Shown here: in pieces, positions 36,884 through 48,474 of the stretch
Layout: every line of letters begins with the position of its first letter
Position numbering within the stretch: the stretch's first letter is position 1
Assembly: GCA_010015805.1 (NCBI GenBank)
Contig: ML978131.1
Coordinates: forward strand, 248,001-312,000
From: Rhizodiscina lignyota
Taxonomy: Eukaryota
Reading direction: 5' to 3'
Length of the DNA: 64,000 nt
Program-made: the position numbers and the translations under genes
The notes under the pieces: generated by a model
Seen by the model: the letters and a program-made list of their open reading frames with translations, nothing else
What the model was told of the DNA's origin: nothing
The model's database searches: none

Positions 36884-37938
36884 CTATGCGCCATTCGCAA
36901 AAGCCGACCCTCCAGCATGCTCGTCAATCTCCATGCTCTGCTTCAGCCCGCTCACCTCGAACAGGAACCTTGGGCTTAATTCTTCTGGCGTGCCAAATAT
37001 CCCAGTCTTCTTAAGCCTCTCGAAACCGGCCTTCATTGCGACATAGGCTGCCGCCAGTGAGCTCAGCGGCCAGAGCATCATACGGAAGCCCATCTCTTTT
37101 GCTTCCTGTGCACTGATCGTTGGCGTCGCGCCGTGCTCAACCTGCGACCAGCCGAATTAGCGATCATTCTGTGCCAAGACACAGCGGACACAACTTACCA
37201 TATTGAGCAGCACCGGAGTCGGTGCCATATCCTTCACCACTTGCTTGCACATCTCTTTACTCGTCAAGCCCTCCAAGAAGGCCACATCCGCGCCGGCATC
37301 GACCGCAGCCTTCAGCCGTCTGATACTCTCCTCATACCCGTAGCTCTGCAACGCATCTGTGCGCGCAATAATAACGATATCGCTCCCCAACCTCCTCCTC
37401 GCCTCGCTAGCCGCTCTCACTCTCGACAGAAACACATCCAAACCCACCAGCTCCTTTCCCTGCAAGTGCCCGCACCGCTTCGACTGCACCTGGTCTTCGA
37501 TGTGGAAGCCCGCAACGCCAGACCGGATGTACTCGGTCACGGCGCGGTGCACATTCAGCGGGCCGCCGTAGCCCGTGTCCATGTCCGCGACGAGTGGGAC
37601 CGACGGGTCCAGGTTGGCGATCATTTCGGCGTGCGAGCGCATGTCGTTGAGGGTTGCGATGCCGAGGTCTGCGTGGCCGAGGCGCGAGGCTGTCGTGCCT
37701 GCACCTGTCTGGAAGGTATTATTAGCGATGTGACGATCGTAGTAAAGGGAGGCGCTGGTGGCGTTACCATATAGAGACCGTCCCAGCCGCCGACTTGAAG
37801 TGCCACGCGCGCGGAGAAGCCATCATAAACTCCGGGGAGGGCGACAAGCTTATTGGGGTCTTGGAGCATGCGCCTGAGCTTCGTCGCTTGGGATACTTCG
37901 ATATCAGCGTTGCTACCGTTCACTTGAGCAGTTGCCAT
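36884..37938 (-). CDS. ICL/PEP-mutase superfamily lyase, OAH-like class (probably 2,3-dimethylmalate-lyase type)
   Basis: PGVYDGFSAR, YM|TGAGT, ADMDTGYGG, HIEDQ..KRCGHL, IARTDA, LLNM|VEHGATP; two introns. Confidence 0.88.
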
Positions 37939-38321
37939 GATAAAAAAAAATGTTCTTTGTAGATGAATGTCTTAATAGAAATGAGATGATATGAGAAAGT
38001 TGGTAAATATGCTTTGATTCACGGTTAGGAGAGAGTATGAAGTATGAATCAATCTACACCATGGGTATTTCGATTAAGTAGAGTATATATACTTGAAAAG
38101 CCCCGGACAGTCCTTGCCTCTATTGCCGAACCTCGAAATCTAGAAGCTCACAAGGTAGGCAGCGCTACAATTATTCCCGTGCCATCAACATCCTATTGAC
38201 ATGTCTCTATCCGACACATTGAAAACCGGAGCTCAAGGCCTGGTTTCGTCTGGAAAGGGTAGTGGTGTATATGTGGACATGCCCTCCGTCATCGGATTCC
38301 GGGGTCGCTCTGTGCCACACC

Positions 38322-38862
38322 GAAGTCGGTGACGGCCAGCGAAGTCGGACTCTGAAGCCTGTACGCGGCGCTGGCTACGAACCTTCTCTTTGAGGAGAGC
38401 TAATTCAGAGACGCAAAGATTTAGCTATTCAGCTATAGATTTAATAGGCTTATAGTAAGCCCTACGTAATACGAGCGAGCGGTCGCTAGTATGTATATTA
38501 AGACGTAGTATAGCGTAATAGACTCGTTTAATATAGGCGTTGAAAGTTAAAAGTTCCTATTAGAGAGCTAGGGTATATATAGAGTATAGTTCTTAATTGT
38601 TATACCCCTTCTAAAGGCATAAGATTCGGCTAAGCCGTATAAGGCCGGGGTTAATTAGTCTATATACGGTTGAGATTCGATAGTACTATACGCACGACGC
38701 TTCCGTGTCCGCTAGCCTATATAGTAAAGAGGCATAAAGAGAAAGGATTAGGAGGAGTTAGCACCTCTAATAGGACCGGGCGCTGCTTCACCATCGCCAA
38801 TAGGTGGACTGCATACTCTTTAAAATAACCAAGATATCCCCCCCCCGGGAAGTCGGTGACGG
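38322..38862. mobile_element. Possible RIP-degraded repeat/transposon relic
   Basis: Segment ~38390..38830 is visibly TpA-rich and CpA/TpG-poor with no ORF. It is bracketed by GAAGTCGGTGACGG at 38322..38335 and 38849..38862. Confidence 0.45.
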
Positions 38863-40166
38863 TTTCAAGAGTACAGCGCTCCCTCTGCTGTTGGTGGGAT
38901 TATGCCGACATAGTTATCAGAATACACCATAGTCTCAGGCTCGGAGTTTAAAGCCAATAGAAGATTTGCCGGTTGTGAAATGTGAGAGAGTGGGCGAAAC
39001 GTTGGGTTAGGGTTCGGGTTGGCTCCACTTCGTCTTGTCGGAGGAGGAGGTTGTTCCACCCGATCGACGTCGAAAGTTTTCGGCTTCGTCTGTGAAATAG
39101 ATATACTCCACGATAAGGAGTAAAGATGTCAAGAGCCGGGATGAGGTGACGAATTGAGCAGCGCAAATGGCGGAAAATGAATGGAACTGGGAGCTGGACC
39201 GTCGTGAAGGTTGTGAAAGGATCGTCGTGAAAAGAGTAAAATCTTCGCGGTGGCCTTGAGAACGATCAAGTCATCCTCGCTCTTGTACTCCAATTGATAA
39301 AATCACTTTATCTTCTTCATACTTTCCACGCCGCTCAGTATCTCAAGTCAAGAGTCGGATAACGTCTAAAATAAGCCTTGGCGTCCAAACTTGGAATGAC
39401 ACTGCTCGTTTCGTCGGCAACCAAGCAAGAAAGAGAATTCGTCAAGCGCAATCATCTCAAGCTTGATCAACCCTTTTCCATCTAGAGGAGGTCTATTTGA
39501 AGAAGCGAGGTCCTTTGCGTTCCCGAAATCGATACGAATAGCAACCACCCGCTGTGCCCAGCTATCACCCGCCAACACCACCGAGATTAGCCGATTCTGA
39601 CGCGGGAGAACAGGGGACCATATCCCTTTACTTAGCCCAAGCTTTCAATCGGCAAAGTCGTTCAATTAAGACTCCAACTATCTCACAGCCATTGGCCTTC
39701 TGCCTTCTTGAAGCACTCCAACGAGAACAGCCACTAAGCAACCACTCGCAGACCGCTCCGTGGAAGTTTGGAGCGAAAGAGCCGAAAGCGGCCCCGCTCA
39801 ACGTAACACCTCTCGTGACGCTAGAGCCACGTAACTTTCTGCAACTTTAACTTTTGCGGCAGTTCCCGCGACTGGGATTCTACAGCTATAAATTCTCTCC
39901 CTCCACCGAACTTCTTTCTCTCTCTTACAACCCACTTTGACTCGGGCAGTCCAGCATCCAAACTTGTTTGCTGGTTTGCTCTCACACTCTGTGCACGATT
40001 TGCCAGCTGGGGTTCCAACTCTTCACCTTCTCTCGTGTCAAGTGACTTTCTCGCTTGACGCGTTTCAGTTTCACAACAACACCACAACAACTGCATCTAG
40101 GCCACGTTGCCTGCGCACAGAACTTCACAACAAATCCAAAGTTACCATCTCTACAAGTCAGCCATC

Positions 40167-41347
40167 ATGAAGGTTAGTTGTATCTTCAGTGTGTTAGATC
40201 TCATAGTGCTAACGCTCTCTACCTCAGCGTCACCCTCCAGAGGAGGCCGTACCCGGCGTTCCGCTCGATCGCCACAACCTCACCAGTATCGAAGTCTTGG
40301 ATTGGCTCAATGAGAAGAGCCTTCGTTACGCGGCCGAGGGCAGGAAGGATGAAATTCCTCCGAACTACGAGTACATCCGCAAATATGTACTTGACACATC
40401 CCGTCTTATGAATAAAGTGCTCGAGCTGACATGCGTCGCAGGTGCGTAACCATCTGGAGCGCAAGGGCGCCCCCACCGACCCATCCACCTTCAAGAATGT
40501 CAAGATGCGCGATTGCGATGAGACCTGGGAGATGTTGCCGATGCTCAAAAACCCGCCCTACAACCTCACCAAGGACGAGCAGTTGATGATGTACGAACAT
40601 CGTCCCCGTTGCCGCGAGGTGCTCGAGACTCTCATCGAGGATTGCGACACGCGCTTCGGCGATAAGCCTGAGCTCCTCGACGAGATTCTCGATATCGTTA
40701 AGAAGTTCCTCGGCCCAGTCGAAGATGAGAAGGAGGCGATGAAGTTCAAGGAAGAGAAAGACGCGCAGGGAAATGATGAGAAAAATAAGAAGGAGAATGA
40801 GAAAGATGAGAAAGAGAACGAGACCCTGTTGGCACTGTTCGGGACTGCGGCTGGCGAGAAGCACAAGGAGAGCGAGCAGGGAGAGGAGGACGGGGATCTC
40901 ATGGACATGGTGTCTCGCGTTCATGGTGAGGCAGACGCCGTGTACGCGATGTCGTTCGAGGATCAAATTCGCTACTACAGGAACTACTGGCTGCACGAAG
41001 TCGACCCGGCTATCAGCTGGGACCCTGACGCGGGGATCCAGCGCTGGTACAAGAAGATTCGCGAAGACCGTGAAGAGTGGGAGGAAGCTGAGCCACCCCA
41101 ACGCTACGTTGCGTGGATGTTGGATACGGGGAACGGACATCCGAAGTCACGCTCACCGAGTCCCTACAGCATGCGCAAGATCATGCATGGCGCCGCGTAC
41201 GGCGACGACGAGCTCGCGTACCCCTTGGAGGAGGAGGAGGAGGAGAAGGAGGAGGAGGAGGAGAAGGAGGAGGAGGAGCCCGAGCCGAAGAAGACGAAGC
41301 CGGCTGCAACGTTCGCCAACAGGACCGTGCTTGGTGAGAGGAAGTAG
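40167..41347 (+). CDS. Rpb4/Rpc17-family (RNA Pol III C17-like, HRDC) protein with acidic C-terminal extension
   Basis: MK micro-first exon and two introns; LTSIEVLDWL..PPNYEYI..YNLTKDEQLMMYEHRP..LETLIEDCDTRF..EILDIV follows the Rpc17 pattern (LTNYEV..LTK.E.LM..N.RP..IEE.E.RF). Confidence 0.65.
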
Positions 41348-41383
41348 ATTCCAAGATTAATGCAATGTGCGCTCAGATGCGCG

Positions 41384-41384
<1 letters not shown>

Positions 41385-41420
<36 letters not shown>
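41385..41420. repeat. Microsatellite (GACGAT)6
   Basis: Six perfect hexamers just 3' of the stop codon. Confidence 0.95.
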
Positions 41421-41837
41421 TCATGGGAGTTTAGATAAACAAATTGAATGGGAATCTGATGAGGCAGAGACAAGACTTTATTGGCATGTGTCTCATGCGC
41501 CTCATGTTACGGCCGTGCTTAACCTGAGTGAACGCTTGTCGAAGAAACTGTAGTTGACGGGAACACATCCTGAGGAAAGAGAGCATCATTTAATATGCTC
41601 GTGGAGTGGTCTGTGAATAACAGCAGTCACATTGTTGGTAGTTCGAGGAATTTGAGGAAAGTTGGGGATCTATGATCGACGTGTGTCGTGAATGTAGCGC
41701 TTGACTCCAACCCACATGAGCATCGAATATATCCCGCTAATCGCATCATCCAATGAGCCCGGATATCCGCAATAATCATCGTTCGTGGCCAGCAAGATTA
41801 TTCTGTGCAAGCGATTCTTCATCATCCGAGCATGCGC

Positions 41838-42725
41838 TCACACATATTGACTGAGCCATCTGATGCCTTCTCCGTATCCCTGTCTCAGGACAACAGAGCA
41901 CATGAACACCTCGATTGGCCGGATACCTTCAAGAGGAATCTTGCCCTTGCCCGTTGTCTGATACAGTCCAAGGGCGGCGCGCAACTGGTCCTCCGATACT
42001 GCGTCGGGGTGATCAATCTTGTTTCCGAGAACGACGAAGGGGGTATTCGCGAGTTCCTCCATTGACAACAGCGCATCTAGTTCGGCCTTGGCTTCAGGTA
42101 AGCGCTCGATGTCTTTAGAATCGACGAGGAAGACGATGCCCGAAACTTCAGGGAAGTAATCGCGCCAGAGTCGACGGGCTTGGGCGTGGCCACCCAGGTC
42201 AAAGGTTGTGAATTTGACCTAGTGGACAAATAGTTAGGGTAAATGCCTTCTAACGCAATTGCAATGTCTAAGGGGTATGCACTCACGTTTCCTATACTCA
42301 GCTCTTCGGATGCTTCAAGAATGTTAGTATGGCTTCTTTAGGACATGGCGCGAAGGAAAACAAACTGGGATGGAGTGTAGGCTGAAGAACTGCGACTCGG
42401 TCATTCTGCGACAGTAAGCTAACTATACTATATCCAACTTGTAGATGGTGTAATCCTACCTTGAGCATATGTAAGAGTGTTGTCTTGCCCGCATTGTCTA
42501 GACCGAGGAAGAGGAGTTTTGCGTGCTTGTTGAGGAGACCAAGATTGGCCAGGAGATCCCAAACTGATCAGATATTTGCATATCAGCCCAATGTCACGAC
42601 AGATGGAGAATCGAAGAGCAAGCGACGTTGCAATCAGTTGGAGGGAACGTACACCTAGTGACAAGAGGTTAGAGGCGCATGTGAAAGACGCTTGAGAGGG
42701 CAGCATACCAGTTTACCATCCACAT
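41838..42725 (-). CDS. SAR1: Small GTPase Sar1 (COPII)
   Basis: [88 protein letters not shown]. Multiple introns including a 2-nt exon. Confidence 0.97.
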
Positions 42726-43009
42726 GTTGAAGGAGGTATTGTGGAAACAGCGAAAATTTAGGTTATTGTGGATGGGAAAAGAGAGTTTTGGAGGACTCGG
42801 TGCTCGCGTGGACTTTATGTAGGCCGTCGATAATCATCTGCAAGCTGGCTCGAACCGTTGATGAGGGCCAAGCCTCCACGGCTTGTTCCGCTTGCATGCA
42901 CGGACCCGCGACTTTTTCAATCCCTCCACCTCCAGAAATTTTAGAGCTCCCTCAAGTAGCTTCACCACCAATTGTTCACCACTTTGACGACGACACCTCG
43001 ATATCCACC

Positions 43010-44879
43010 ATGCCGCTCTTCATTCTGGCCGAGACGAGCGCAGGCTATGCCATCTTCAAGTCCTCTGACAAGAAACTACTTGCGCGCGATGACTACGCTG
43101 AGAAAATCAAAGACGCTGAAGGCGCGCAGAGCATGTGAGTCCACATTGCAATTGCCTACTTATCCTGCGCTAACTATGCAGTCTGCATCTCAAACAATTC
43201 CAGAAATTCGAAAATTCAACGATGGCACTGGACGAAACCGCGGCTCTGATAGAGGGAAAGGTACGTCACTGTATCGCGTGTGTGTGGTAAAGTGAAGATT
43301 CTAATTTAAATTTAATAAAAAAAAGGTCACTCCGATGCTCTCGTCCCTCCTTGAAGACATCAAGAGCGAGAAGAAAGCGTCATCACTCGTTGTTTCTGAC
43401 CCTAAGCTGGCAAATGCGATCAACAAGCTACCTCAGTTGTCTATCAAGGCCGACACCGACTCGAACAACGTCGACCTTTTCCGCGCCATTCGTACCCACC
43501 TTCCGTCTCTAATTCCTGCTCTGCTGCCTGCTGAAGGTGAAACTGACCATCCATCGAGCACGTCATTGGGTCTTGCTCATGGTCTCTCCCGTTACAAGCT
43601 GAGGTTTTCGGCGGACAAGGTGGACACTATGATCATCCAAGCTGTCTCCCTGCTTGACGACTTGGACAAGGAGCTCAACATCTACGCAATGAGAGTCAAG
43701 GAGTGGTATGGATGGCATTTCCCGGAGATGGCAAAGATTATCAACGACAATCTGGCATATGCAAAGGTTGTCCTCCATGTAGGCATGAGATCTCGGTGCG
43801 CCGAAGCGGACATGTCCGACATCCTACCAGAGGAGATTGAGGTTGCCGTTAAAGCAGCTGCCGAAGTTTCGATGGGTACCGAAGTTACACAGGCAGACAT
43901 CATTACCGTCCAAGCGCTTGCCGAGCAGGTCGTTGCACTCACCGAAGGCCGCCAACAGCTGTCAAGCTATCTTACGTCGCGCATGCAGGCCGTTGCGCCA
44001 AATTTGACTGCTCTTGTTGGAGATCTGGTCGGCGCGCGCCTCATTTCTCATGCTGGCGGTCTCATGAATCTAGCTAAGAGCCCTGGTAGCACGGTTCAGA
44101 TCATCGGCGCAGAAAAGGCGCTGTTCCGCGCCCTCAAGAAGAAGCAGGACACTCCGAAGTATGGCGTCATCTTCCATGCGTCTCTCGTGGGCCAAGCAAC
44201 CGGCAAGAACAAGGGCAAGATAGCTCGCATGCTCGCATCGAAAGCTGCCCTCAGCTTACGCGTGGACTCACTGTCGGACTGGGGAGCTAACGGTGAAGGC
44301 GTGGATGCTGAGCCAAGCGAGGAGGAGAAGGCAGCACTCGGCAATGAGTGGCGTGCCTATCTCGAGCGCCGCCTAAGTAAATTGGAGGGCAGGTCTTTGG
44401 TTTCAAAGGGTGTTGCTATTGGTCCTGGTGGAGAGACTAAGCAGCCTGGCAAGTGGGAAATCAAAGAGGCAAGGAAGTACAATCGTGATGCGGATGGATT
44501 GAAAGGCGATGAGCCAGCGGCGACAAAGATTACGACAGGACTGAAGACTCCTCGGGCGACTCCGAAAGACAAGGTTCCGGTGGCTAACGGTATCGAGGAT
44601 CACGAGGACGACGAGGCCATGGAAGTCGACGAGACAGAAGTCAACGGTGCAGGCAAAAAGGAGCTGAGCAAAGAGGAGCGCAAGGCTCTAAAGAGGGCCG
44701 AGAAGGAGGCTAAGCGCAAGCATAAGGAAGAGAAGCGTGCGAAGAAGGCGGCCAAGGAGGCGAAGATGGCAGAAGAAGTCGCACCTGTTGAAGCAACGTC
44801 TGGCGAGAAAGTGAAGAAGCGCAAGCGTCATGACGACGAGGAGAAGGCCGAGAAGAAGAAAAAGAAGAGCAAAGCGTGA
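43010..44879 (+). CDS. NOP58: Nucleolar protein 58 (box C/D snoRNP)
   Basis: [17 protein letters not shown], two introns, [64 protein letters not shown]-rich tail. Confidence 0.95.
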
Positions 44880-46061
44880 GCTCTCTCGGGATATGGCACT
44901 CTTGTCTTCTCTATTAGCATGCTCGACGTTTGGGGTGTGGCTTTATTTCATGTCTCTTGACATGCTCGACTTTTGTCGATCTCATTGCAAGGTGTTCCGG
45001 ATATATGGATTGAACAGTGCTCTCTCGGCTAGGATGGGATCTGGTCATAACATTGATTGTACAATGATGGTACATACTAGGCGAATCAAAATATGATCTT
45101 GACAGATGTTCTACTTGTGATGGGAAGCGATTGCCAACTATGTCTCAGTGCGTGCTCGACCACATGTACATTGTAGAGTACTGCGCAATCTTATTGACTG
45201 ATCATGATGTCGAAGTTATCATAACGGAAGTCACTTAACCCAGTCGCACCCCTCTAGGAGCCTAATATGCATATCTATACGAGGATACAGAAAGGCTACT
45301 TGGGCCGTCAGGTGGAGAGCCACAAGTGCCTGCAGCCTTCCTGATTAGTCGGTGGAGAAGGGTTCGGACGGATGTCTCCGAATCGTCCCAACTTCATCTG
45401 TTCGTTGTCCAAGCCAAATGACAGACGACATTATCTCAGGAATTTGATAATCAAATTCCATGTCATCTAGACACTGCTAGTCTAGCAATATCATATATGC
45501 AGTTGCTACGGTCGCTCCAAACGCTTTCCCTGTAGTTTTGTACCCTTTCTCAAGCATATTTTCTACATGTGGACGGGATTCTCATATCTGTAGACGATAT
45601 TTCACAATTTAATACAGGTTCGGCCTCGAACTTAGTATATCATGTCCTCATGAGCAGATTTTCAATGCCTCCATGCCGGTAGCTGTGCCTTGATGCGACC
45701 ACCCAAGATGCAGTGTGGGAGAATATCGTTAGGAAGCCCTTAGTCTCACCTTGTAGTTAATTTGACCGCTGACTATAAGATTTACTTAGATCCAACTCCA
45801 AAAAGGATGAATGGAAACATTACATTGCTTGTTGTTACGCATGCCATTTACAATCGGGAGAATCGTCGCCACTCGCGGCTCCAGCCTCTGGCGCCTTGAT
45901 TGCCGACCAACCCACCGAAGAACACGATTAAATACAACAGGAATGTAGCCTACATAAGCTAGTAGCTGTCTACCGCTCGAATGACGAGGACCTAGAGCCC
46001 GTGGCTGCTCCAGGCCCATCTATGAATGTCCGTTACACTGTAACTTGTATTTTGAAATATT

Positions 46062-47327
46062 TTACGACTTTGTATTTGTATCGTGCATGTCAATGTTGCG
46101 TACATCATATGCCATATTGTCGGCATGCGCCTTTTTCATCCACCACAAATACAAAGTTGTCATCCATTCTCTGAGATAACTGACTATGAAGCCAACGTCC
46201 CTCACGTTTTCCCATCTGAAATTGGCCTCATCGAACGCAGCGTCAATGCGCGGTTTGCGCAGCTTCTCGTAGACCATGAATATTTCTGCGCATGACTGGC
46301 CGTAATATGCTTCAAGGACGCGCGTGAAGAGAATCGTGTCTTCAATGGCCAGACCCAAGCTTTCGCCCTGCGGTGGCATAGCGTGCGCGGCATCACCAAG
46401 CAGGATCGCGCAGCCAGCAGACCACTTCCCATGCGGCGGAAGCTTGTACACAGGGTACAGGAAGTATGCGTCCACACCAGCGATGAGCCTCTGGAGATAC
46501 GGCACAGAGGGATTATGGAACCGCTCCATAACGTTGGCTTTGACTGCATCTTGGTCTTCTCCAATGACTTTCCACCCTTCCCGTGAGGCCACCTCCTGCG
46601 TCTCCATCACAGCTGCAACATACATTCGCGTCTTTTCAGGATTTGCCCATGATGCAAGTAGGGAACCTCGACGGCCTGACCACAGCGCCGTAGTGTCGAA
46701 GGGAAGCCCCTTTTTCAGTCCATCTCGATCGTCGAACATGCCATAAGCCGTTGCGATTCCGGAGTAAACTGGTTTCCTGTCCAGCTCGAGGACGCTACGC
46801 ACATATGAATGTATACCATCACATCCCAGCAGAAGGTCGCCCTCTGCGACTTCTCCATCCTCAAAGCGAACCCGTACACCATTGCATTGCCCTTGCTCGT
46901 CTCGCATACCAATCTCGACAACCTTCTTCCCAAACTGTACCTGGATCCCGGCTTCCTTGGCTGTCTCAAGCATCGCATCCAACAACAGTCCGCGTTGTAT
47001 CCTCATCGCTTGATGCTTGGACTTCTCCGCATTGTCGAAGCTCAACACCCCTAACTTTGCCCCATTACGTTGTGAAAATATCTCAATGAAGGGCACGGGA
47101 GCGCCGCGCGATTGAAGCTTCGACAAGACACCGAGGTGCTCGAGGTATCGGAGAGCGTTCGGGGTGAGGTTGATAGCGCCGCCAATTGTTGAAGGGATAG
47201 ACCGAATCTCATATACCGTGCATGTGATGTTCACCTTGGGGTTCTCGTTGCGTATGCGGGCTAGGCAGAGAGCGGAGGCGATGCCAGCGATGCCACCGCC
47301 TATGATGATAACCTTCTCGATCGCCAT
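46062..47327 (-). CDS. FAD-dependent aromatic monooxygenase (salicylate-hydroxylase-like)
   Basis: IIGGGIAG, LLGCDGIHSYVR (DG motif), LLGDAAHAMPP.G (GD motif); single exon. Confidence 0.92.
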   Translation of the reverse strand: MAIEKVIIIGGGIAGIASALCLARIRNENPKVNITCTVYEIRSIPSTIGGAINLTPNALRYLEHLGVLSKLQSRGAPVPFIEIFSQRNGAKLGVLSFDNAEKSKHQAMRIQRGLLLDAMLETAKEAGIQVQFGKKVVEIGMRDEQGQCNGVRVRFEDGEVAEGDLLLGCDGIHSYVRSVLELDRKPVYSGIATAYGMFDDRDGLKKGLPFDTTALWSGRRGSLLASWANPEKTRMYVAAVMETQEVASREGWKVIGEDQDAVKANVMERFHNPSVPYLQRLIAGVDAYFLYPVYKLPPHGKWSAGCAILLGDAAHAMPPQGESLGLAIEDTILFTRVLEAYYGQSCAEIFMVYEKLRKPRIDAAFDEANFRWENVRDVGFIVSYLREWMTTLYLWWMKKAHADNMAYDVRNIDMHDTNTKS

Positions 47328-48474
47328 TATGAACACTTGAGGTTAATACGGAACAGGAGACAAAAAGAGGATCAGCTGAGGCCGCGAAAGACGGACGTGA
47401 AGAGATGAAACGGAGTTGATTGAGTTGATACTCCCCGTATGAAGCTCTCATACTTATAATGAACATGCCAAGTTGACTCGTCGCATAGCTTCTGATTCAT
47501 CTTGAGAACGCGTCGCTTTCATCGACGTGTGTACAGTGCAGGCAGCGTCTACCTTCGCATTCACCTACGTCTTGTGGCGCTCCGGATACGATGGATACGA
47601 GCAGGTCGAGTGTGGCTTGCATTGGTGGATTTAGCGTACAGTGAGCCACAGCAGAAGAAGTACATATTCAGCATAAGATGGAGCTACAAACGGCGTCTCC
47701 TTTCCGCGACAACGAGAAGTAAATCTTCTAAGGCAGGCCTAGCAAGTGACTCCCTAATAGTCTCGAATATAATCTTACTAATATGCGGCAGCTTCTTGGA
47801 ATTACTGAAGGCATCCGTAATGGAGTGGCTCTGTGGATTGTTCGCTCAAGCGCTACCAGCTCCTTCGTACCTACGAGCACGACTCCTGAGACGTTCAGCT
47901 CTTGGATGAGCCGCGAGGGTTTAAAGCGAAGCAAACAAGAATCCTTTCGACGAGATTCAAGGGCCGGAATAAAGTTTTGGATTGCTTGATCGACACGCGT
48001 CACGGAAGTCTTGTACATACAATCTGGCAGCCATGAACTTGCCAACGTAATTGCGAACGTAATCGCGTCGTCTTCCGCTCACATCACGATCTCTATCGTG
48101 CAATGAGCACATAACTTCTGAACTGATTTCTTGAGTTAGGAATATCCTCAAATGCTCTACATTCTCATTATCTTGTCATTGTCTCAACAATTTTGATGCA
48201 GCTGTCTCACTACCGACTGTTTCCGTCTTTGTTCGATACCACGGTTCAGCATTCCTTCGCAATATGAACTGCCTGTTGTCGCACCCAGCGATGTGGTAGC
48301 ATCTTCTTCAGCCTGTATTTCCGCTTCCGGCCTTTTTTGATGGGCACCAAAGTCGACGAGTTGGTGAGATCCAAGATCGTCGTCATGCACCAAGAATTTC
48401 TTTGTTGGAGACTAGCTTGAAAATGGATTAGATTCCCAGTCGTCGTCATTTGAGCGTTACTAGTCTCTCCAAAC

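Noticed and set aside
39001..39022. Telomere-like GGGTTAGGGTT (AACCCTAACCC on minus) as a telomerase RNA template
   Set aside because: Only ~1 kb lies downstream before the next gene, half of it the RIP-like relic, and I could not identify pseudoknot or CR4/5 elements. An 11-mer alone is insufficient.
5685..47327. Secondary-metabolite cluster (enoyl reductase, P450, DUF1772, FAD monooxygenase)
   Set aside because: No PKS, NRPS, terpene or RiPP core or cluster TF, and the genes are spread over 40 kb among housekeeping genes.
47500..48400. Short ORFs between the FAD monooxygenase and the peroxiredoxin
   Set aside because: No recognisable motifs or consistent splice model.
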